This document shows, piece by piece, positions 60,271 through 64,000 of a stretch of 64,000 nt of DNA. Source of the DNA: Patescibacteria group bacterium (GTDB lineage: Bacteria > Patescibacteriota > Patescibacteriia > UBA9934); assembly GCA_041666205.1 (NCBI GenBank), contig JBAYHI010000002.1, forward strand, positions 64,725 through 128,724. The letters are read 5' to 3'. The notes under the pieces are model-generated. The model saw only the letters and a list, made by a program, of their open reading frames with translations. It made no database searches and was not told the origin of the DNA. Positions within the stretch are counted from its first letter, which is position 1, and each line of letters opens with the position of its first letter. The translations under genes were made by a program, and so were the position numbers.

Positions 60271-61403
60271 ACGCCAACGAGTGTCAAAATAATTCCCAGC
60301 AAATAAACCCCTGCCGCGGGGACAAGTAAAACGAGTGGCAACCGCAGTGAGCGCTTCGCGATCAGTGCGTGTTTTTTTGCGCGCCAATACGTTGCAATAA
60401 CGATGAGGCCCAAGAGCCCACCCAAAATCGAACCGGAAAATCCAATCACATCAATGAAATCTCGAGCGCCTGCCAAGAATGCCACCAATGGAACCGCAAT
60501 GACCGAGAGCCAAGCCCAAACGTACCGAATGCGGTAATCGTAAACCAGCGTATTGATGGACGACAGGCCGATCATAATAAAACTTGTGGAGACGGCAAAC
60601 AGCCCAACCACCGAGCCAATGGTGAGCGCCCAACTTCCGAGTGCGCGCCCGAGCCCGATCATACTTTCTTCTGTTGTATGCTCGCCCGTGACTGACAAAA
60701 CAACAGCACTGAACGCCAAATAAATAACCGTCACAATGAGCATTCCAATCATGAGCGAGGAATGCAAATGATGTTTTTGACGTCCCAGAATTTGTGCCAT
60801 CTCGGGAATGGCGGATAGCCCGCTGAAGGCAAATAAAACCACGCCAAATGGCAAGAACCAATTTTCCGGATGGACTGTTTGCAGAGCTTCGATATCAATT
60901 TGCGGAGACGCGCCAACAATGAGTGCAATAATTGCGATGAGAAAAACAATCGTGAATAGACTTTCCAAACGCGAAACAAATCCAAGCCCTCCAACCAAAA
61001 TGATTGAGGTGAAAATGTAAAAAATCATCTGGTACATAAAAACATCGCCCCCAAAAACTCCATGAAGCAATGTATTCAAAAACTTCCCGCCGATAATCAC
61101 ATACGCAATCATGGCGCCCCAACTTGATCCAAATAAAATGAACGTCGCAATATGGCTCCAGGTTGGTCCAAGATACCGATCAACAAGCCCGGTGAGACGT
61201 GAGTGGCCAGGCGTATGCATAACCAAATCTGCATAAGCCCAAAGCAAAATAAAGTTAATGCCTGCAACGAAGATGATGTGCCCCAAGCCAATCGCAAACC
61301 CGGATTGTGAAAAAACGTATGGCAAGCCAAAAATTCCAACGCCAATCACAACACCCATAAGCGCTTGAATGCTTCGCACGAATTCACTTCGTTTTGCCTC
61401 CAT
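60267..61403 (-). CDS. amino-acid permease (APC/HAAAP-like)
   Basis: About 11 TM helices, N-terminal GVVIGVGIFGLPYVFSQSG permease motif. Confidence 0.6.
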   Translation of the reverse strand: MEAKRSEFVRSIQALMGVVIGVGIFGLPYVFSQSGFAIGLGHIIFVAGINFILLWAYADLVMHTPGHSRLTGLVDRYLGPTWSHIATFILFGSSWGAMIAYVIIGGKFLNTLLHGVFGGDVFMYQMIFYIFTSIILVGGLGFVSRLESLFTIVFLIAIIALIVGASPQIDIEALQTVHPENWFLPFGVVLFAFSGLSAIPEMAQILGRQKHHLHSSLMIGMLIVTVIYLAFSAVVLSVTGEHTTEESMIGLGRALGSWALTIGSVVGLFAVSTSFIMIGLSSINTLVYDYRIRYVWAWLSVIAVPLVAFLAGARDFIDVIGFSGSILGGLLGLIVIATYWRAKKHALIAKRSLRLPLVLLVPAAGVYLLGIILTLVGV

Positions 61404-61495
61404 AACCCCCATTATTGTACCACAAATACCTATCCCCCTTTCGTCCCCATCTTCCACACTTTTTCCTCTTGTGACGAAACGCGGCGTACCGTAGC

Positions 61496-62974
61496 ATGGG
61501 GTCTATGGCGCAAAGCATGCAAAAAATTCCACCAAATAATATTGAAGCCGAGGAATCACTCCTTGGCGCCATTTTGATTAACCAGGATGCACTTTTGAAA
61601 ATCGCTGATGCAGTGCGTGGCGAAGATTTTTATAAAGACAGTCACCGCATTATTTTCGAAAACATTGTTGATTTATTTGAGCGCCATGAGCCAATTGATT
61701 TGCTCACGCTTGGAAATCGACTTGAGGAAAAAGATTTACTGAAGCACATTGGTGGGCGAACAACACTCGTGGAACTCACAAATAAAGTGACCACGGCTGC
61801 CAATATCGTGCACTACGCCGAAATCATTCAGAAAAAAGCCACGCTTCGACGTTTGCTTGGCGCTGCCACAAAAATCGCCGAACTTGGATATGAAGAAGCC
61901 GAAGATATCGATGGCTTAATTGACGACGCCGAGCGTACGCTTTTCAACGTTTCGTCGAACTTCATCAAAAGCTCATTCGTTCCCTTGCGCTCTGTGCTTT
62001 CTGACGCATTCGATCGCATCGATGAACTCCACCGCGAGCGTGGAAAACTACGTGGACTTCCAACTGGATTTACGGGCGTTGATAATTTACTGGGAGGTTT
62101 GCAAAAATCGGACCTCATCATTCTTGCCGCACGTCCTTCTGTTGGAAAAACCAGTTTTGCTCTAGATATTGCCCGACACGTTGCAACGCGCGCCAAAAAA
62201 CCGGTCGGCCTATTTTCGCTCGAAATGAGCAAAGAACAGCTCGTCGACCGTATGATTTGTGCGGAAGCCAATGTGGACTTGTGGAAACTCCGCACAGGTC
62301 GGCTTTCAGACAAAGAAGAAGATTTTCCGCGCATCGGGCAAGCCATCGCTACGCTTTCTGAAGCGCCGGTCTTCATTGACGACTCCGCGTCGGCCAATAT
62401 CATGACGATTCGTACCAAGGCGCGACGTCTCATGGCCGAGCACGGCCTTTCGATGATCGTCATCGACTACTTACAGCTCATGGAAGGTCGCAATTCCAAA
62501 CCCGACAACCGCACGCAAGAAGTTGCAGAAATCAGCCGAGGCCTCAAGCAAATCGGGCGCGAACTTCAAATCCCCGTGCTAGCACTCGCTCAGCTCTCGC
62601 GTGCCGTGGAGATGAGCAAACCTGCTATTCCGAAACTTTCTCACTTGCGTGAATCAGGTTCCATTGAGCAAGACGCCGACGTCGTGATGTTCTTGTACCG
62701 CAAAGCCGCTGACCGCAACTTCTTGCCAGAAGAATTAACGCCTGATGATCAAAACTCGGCCGAAGTTCATATTGCCAAACATCGCAATGGTCCAACGGGA
62801 ATGGTTAAGATTTTCTGGGATAAAAAACGCGCGAGTTTCCGCAACTTGGAAATGCAACATACCACCCCAACTCCACCTCCTGCTCAACAAGGGGGCCCGG
62901 GTAATATTGGACTTCCTCCTGGCGTGGCACCAAAATGGTTCAATCAAAATGGACTACCGGTTGACCAAGGCTAG
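61496..62974 (+). CDS. dnaB: replicative DNA helicase
   Basis: N-terminal PPNNIEAEESLLGAIL, Walker A ARPSVGKTSFAL, RecA-like core, 492 aa. Confidence 0.9.
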   Translation: MGSMAQSMQKIPPNNIEAEESLLGAILINQDALLKIADAVRGEDFYKDSHRIIFENIVDLFERHEPIDLLTLGNRLEEKDLLKHIGGRTTLVELTNKVTTAANIVHYAEIIQKKATLRRLLGAATKIAELGYEEAEDIDGLIDDAERTLFNVSSNFIKSSFVPLRSVLSDAFDRIDELHRERGKLRGLPTGFTGVDNLLGGLQKSDLIILAARPSVGKTSFALDIARHVATRAKKPVGLFSLEMSKEQLVDRMICAEANVDLWKLRTGRLSDKEEDFPRIGQAIATLSEAPVFIDDSASANIMTIRTKARRLMAEHGLSMIVIDYLQLMEGRNSKPDNRTQEVAEISRGLKQIGRELQIPVLALAQLSRAVEMSKPAIPKLSHLRESGSIEQDADVVMFLYRKAADRNFLPEELTPDDQNSAEVHIAKHRNGPTGMVKIFWDKKRASFRNLEMQHTTPTPPPAQQGGPGNIGLPPGVAPKWFNQNGLPVDQG

Positions 62975-62998
62975 GAAAACGCGATACGCTACTGCCAT

Positions 62999-63295
62999 AT
63001 GTTCAACAAACTCAAACAAATTAAAGACCTTCGTTCTCAAGCAAAAGTCATGCAAGCTGCACTTGCTGAAATCGTTGTGGTTGAGTCCGCATTGGGCGGA
63101 AAAATCATGATCACCATCGACGGCAATCAAGTTGTTCAGGGCGTGAAAATTGAGGAAGGCTTGAGCGCAAGCGACATTGAAAAAGGCGTGAAAGACGCAT
63201 TCAATAATGCAACCAAAAAGTTGCAGCGCGAAATGGCCATGAAAGTAAAAGACATGGGGGGCTTAGATGCCTTGAAAAACCTAGGACTCGGATAA
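62999..63295 (+). CDS. ybaB: nucleoid-associated protein YbaB/EbfC
   Basis: 98 aa, typical YbaB pattern and position upstream of recR. Confidence 0.8.
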   Translation: MFNKLKQIKDLRSQAKVMQAALAEIVVVESALGGKIMITIDGNQVVQGVKIEEGLSASDIEKGVKDAFNNATKKLQREMAMKVKDMGGLDALKNLGLG

Positions 63296-63895
63296 ATGCG
63301 CGAATTCCCCGCTCCCATTCACAAGGCAATGGCAGCGCTTTCCAAGCTGCCTGGAGTGGGGCCAAAAACCGCACTGCGATATGTGTTTGCGCTTTTAGAT
63401 TTGCCCTTGCGTGATCGAGAAATCCTCGCGCAAAGCGTATTGGAACTTGGCGGAATCAAGCGTTGTACAACCTGCTTTTCTTTTTCCGAAGAACCGACCT
63501 GCGAAATTTGCAGTGACCAGCGCCGGGAGATAAATAAACTCTGCGTGGTTGCAGAGTCGCGCGATATTTCCACCATCGAAGCCACGGGCGCCTACCATGG
63601 GCGCTATTTTGTGCTGGGGGGACGCCTCAATCCCATTGAAGGACAAACACCCGAGACGCTGAACGTGCGGCGCCTACTTGATCGCATCGAAGCCCACCCC
63701 GAGGTGCAGGAAGTGATTCTTGCCTTCTCGCCCGATGTGCACGGCGAAACCACCATTTTATTTTTAGCTCGACAACTCAAATCCATGAACCGACGTACCA
63801 CTCGATTGGCGCGTGGGCTTCCCATGGGCGCTGATATTGAATACACCGATGAGGTAACCTTGGGCGACGCCATGACCGGCCGACGTGATGCGTAG
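63296..63895 (+). CDS. recR: recombination protein RecR
   Basis: HhH (LPGVGPKTALR), C4 zinc finger (CTTC...CEIC), Toprim. Confidence 0.9.
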   Translation: MREFPAPIHKAMAALSKLPGVGPKTALRYVFALLDLPLRDREILAQSVLELGGIKRCTTCFSFSEEPTCEICSDQRREINKLCVVAESRDISTIEATGAYHGRYFVLGGRLNPIEGQTPETLNVRRLLDRIEAHPEVQEVILAFSPDVHGETTILFLARQLKSMNRRTTRLARGLPMGADIEYTDEVTLGDAMTGRRDA

Positions 63896-63946
63896 GGGCA
63901 TGGCGTGCCCGCTCGATTCGTCGTGGGGACGTAGCGTGCTACGTCC
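63891..63946. repeat. partial hairpin-pair repeat, copy D
   Basis: CGTAGGGGCATGGCGTGCCC...GGACGTAGCGTGCTACGTCC shares the GGGCATGGCGTGCC core with copy B. Confidence 0.3.
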
Positions 63947-64000
63947 ATTGAAATTGTTTTGTCATTGGGGCTTCCAGCCCCTAACCCTGGCTCCACTTTT

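Noticed and set aside
24942-63946. Hairpin-pair repeats as a CRISPR array
   Set aside because: The copies are tens of kb apart, not regularly spaced with unique spacers, and no cas genes are present.

Overview
This 64-kb window is a bacterial chromosome segment of about 49% GC that uses the standard genetic code. Long ORFs are uninterrupted and TGA and TAA act as stops. Core genes are almost all on the minus strand: ligA-gatC-gatA-lgt-dsbA, the type IV pilus parts PilD/pilin-like/PilM, rnhA, recJ, lepA, mnmA, dnaX, cysS, an hrcA-grpE-dnaK-dnaJ operon with a CIRCE-like operator, a kef-type antiporter, uppP, secF, secD, secA, ABC transporter genes, hpf, murB and murC. Four plus-strand core genes (folD, dnaB, ybaB, recR) sit at the right end, together with a plus-strand ORF (58081..59322, motifs not examined, carried over as glyA-like). 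Three tRNAs are present (Arg-CCG, Gln-TTG, Glu-CTC); both Gln and Glu are preceded by a TTGACA-N17-TATTGT promoter. The gene content (GatCA, reduced biosynthesis, nucleotide house-cleaning and salvage enzymes, pilus genes, TraD-like ATPases) fits a small-genome Patescibacteria/CPR-like organism, but that assignment is an inference. Accessory content is unusually dense. Five GC-rich (about 55-60%) insertions carry only hypothetical genes, each with its own sigma70-like promoter, SD site and hairpin terminator (10.7-11.0 kb; 17.9-18.3 kb with two tandem 41-aa single-TM peptides; 22.9-23.3 kb; 30.7-32.1 kb beside tRNA-Glu; 44.0-46.1 kb with a three-gene module plus a 160-nt structured tail). A copper-resistance cassette (csoR-copA-HMA::permease-secreted protein) is bracketed by two copies of a roughly 41-50 bp terminator repeat. 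Two AT-rich islands hold MazG-like, Rcl-like x2 and NUDIX genes (47.6-50.5 kb) and a SAM methyltransferase (53.3-53.9 kb). Two intact and one truncated GIY-YIG nuclease mini-elements are bounded by 26-29 bp inverted repeats; one abuts the tRNA-Arg 3' end and one is truncated by the methyltransferase island. Three families of short palindromic intergenic repeats are present. Two paralogous loci encode a TraD/TrwB-type coupling-protein-like ATPase joined to (18.4-20.9 kb) or preceded by (37.0-40.5 kb) a large membrane-anchored N-domain. SecD carries inserted parvulin-type PPIase domains. No CRISPR array or rRNA was found. Coordinates of non-coding features may be off by 1-2 nt.
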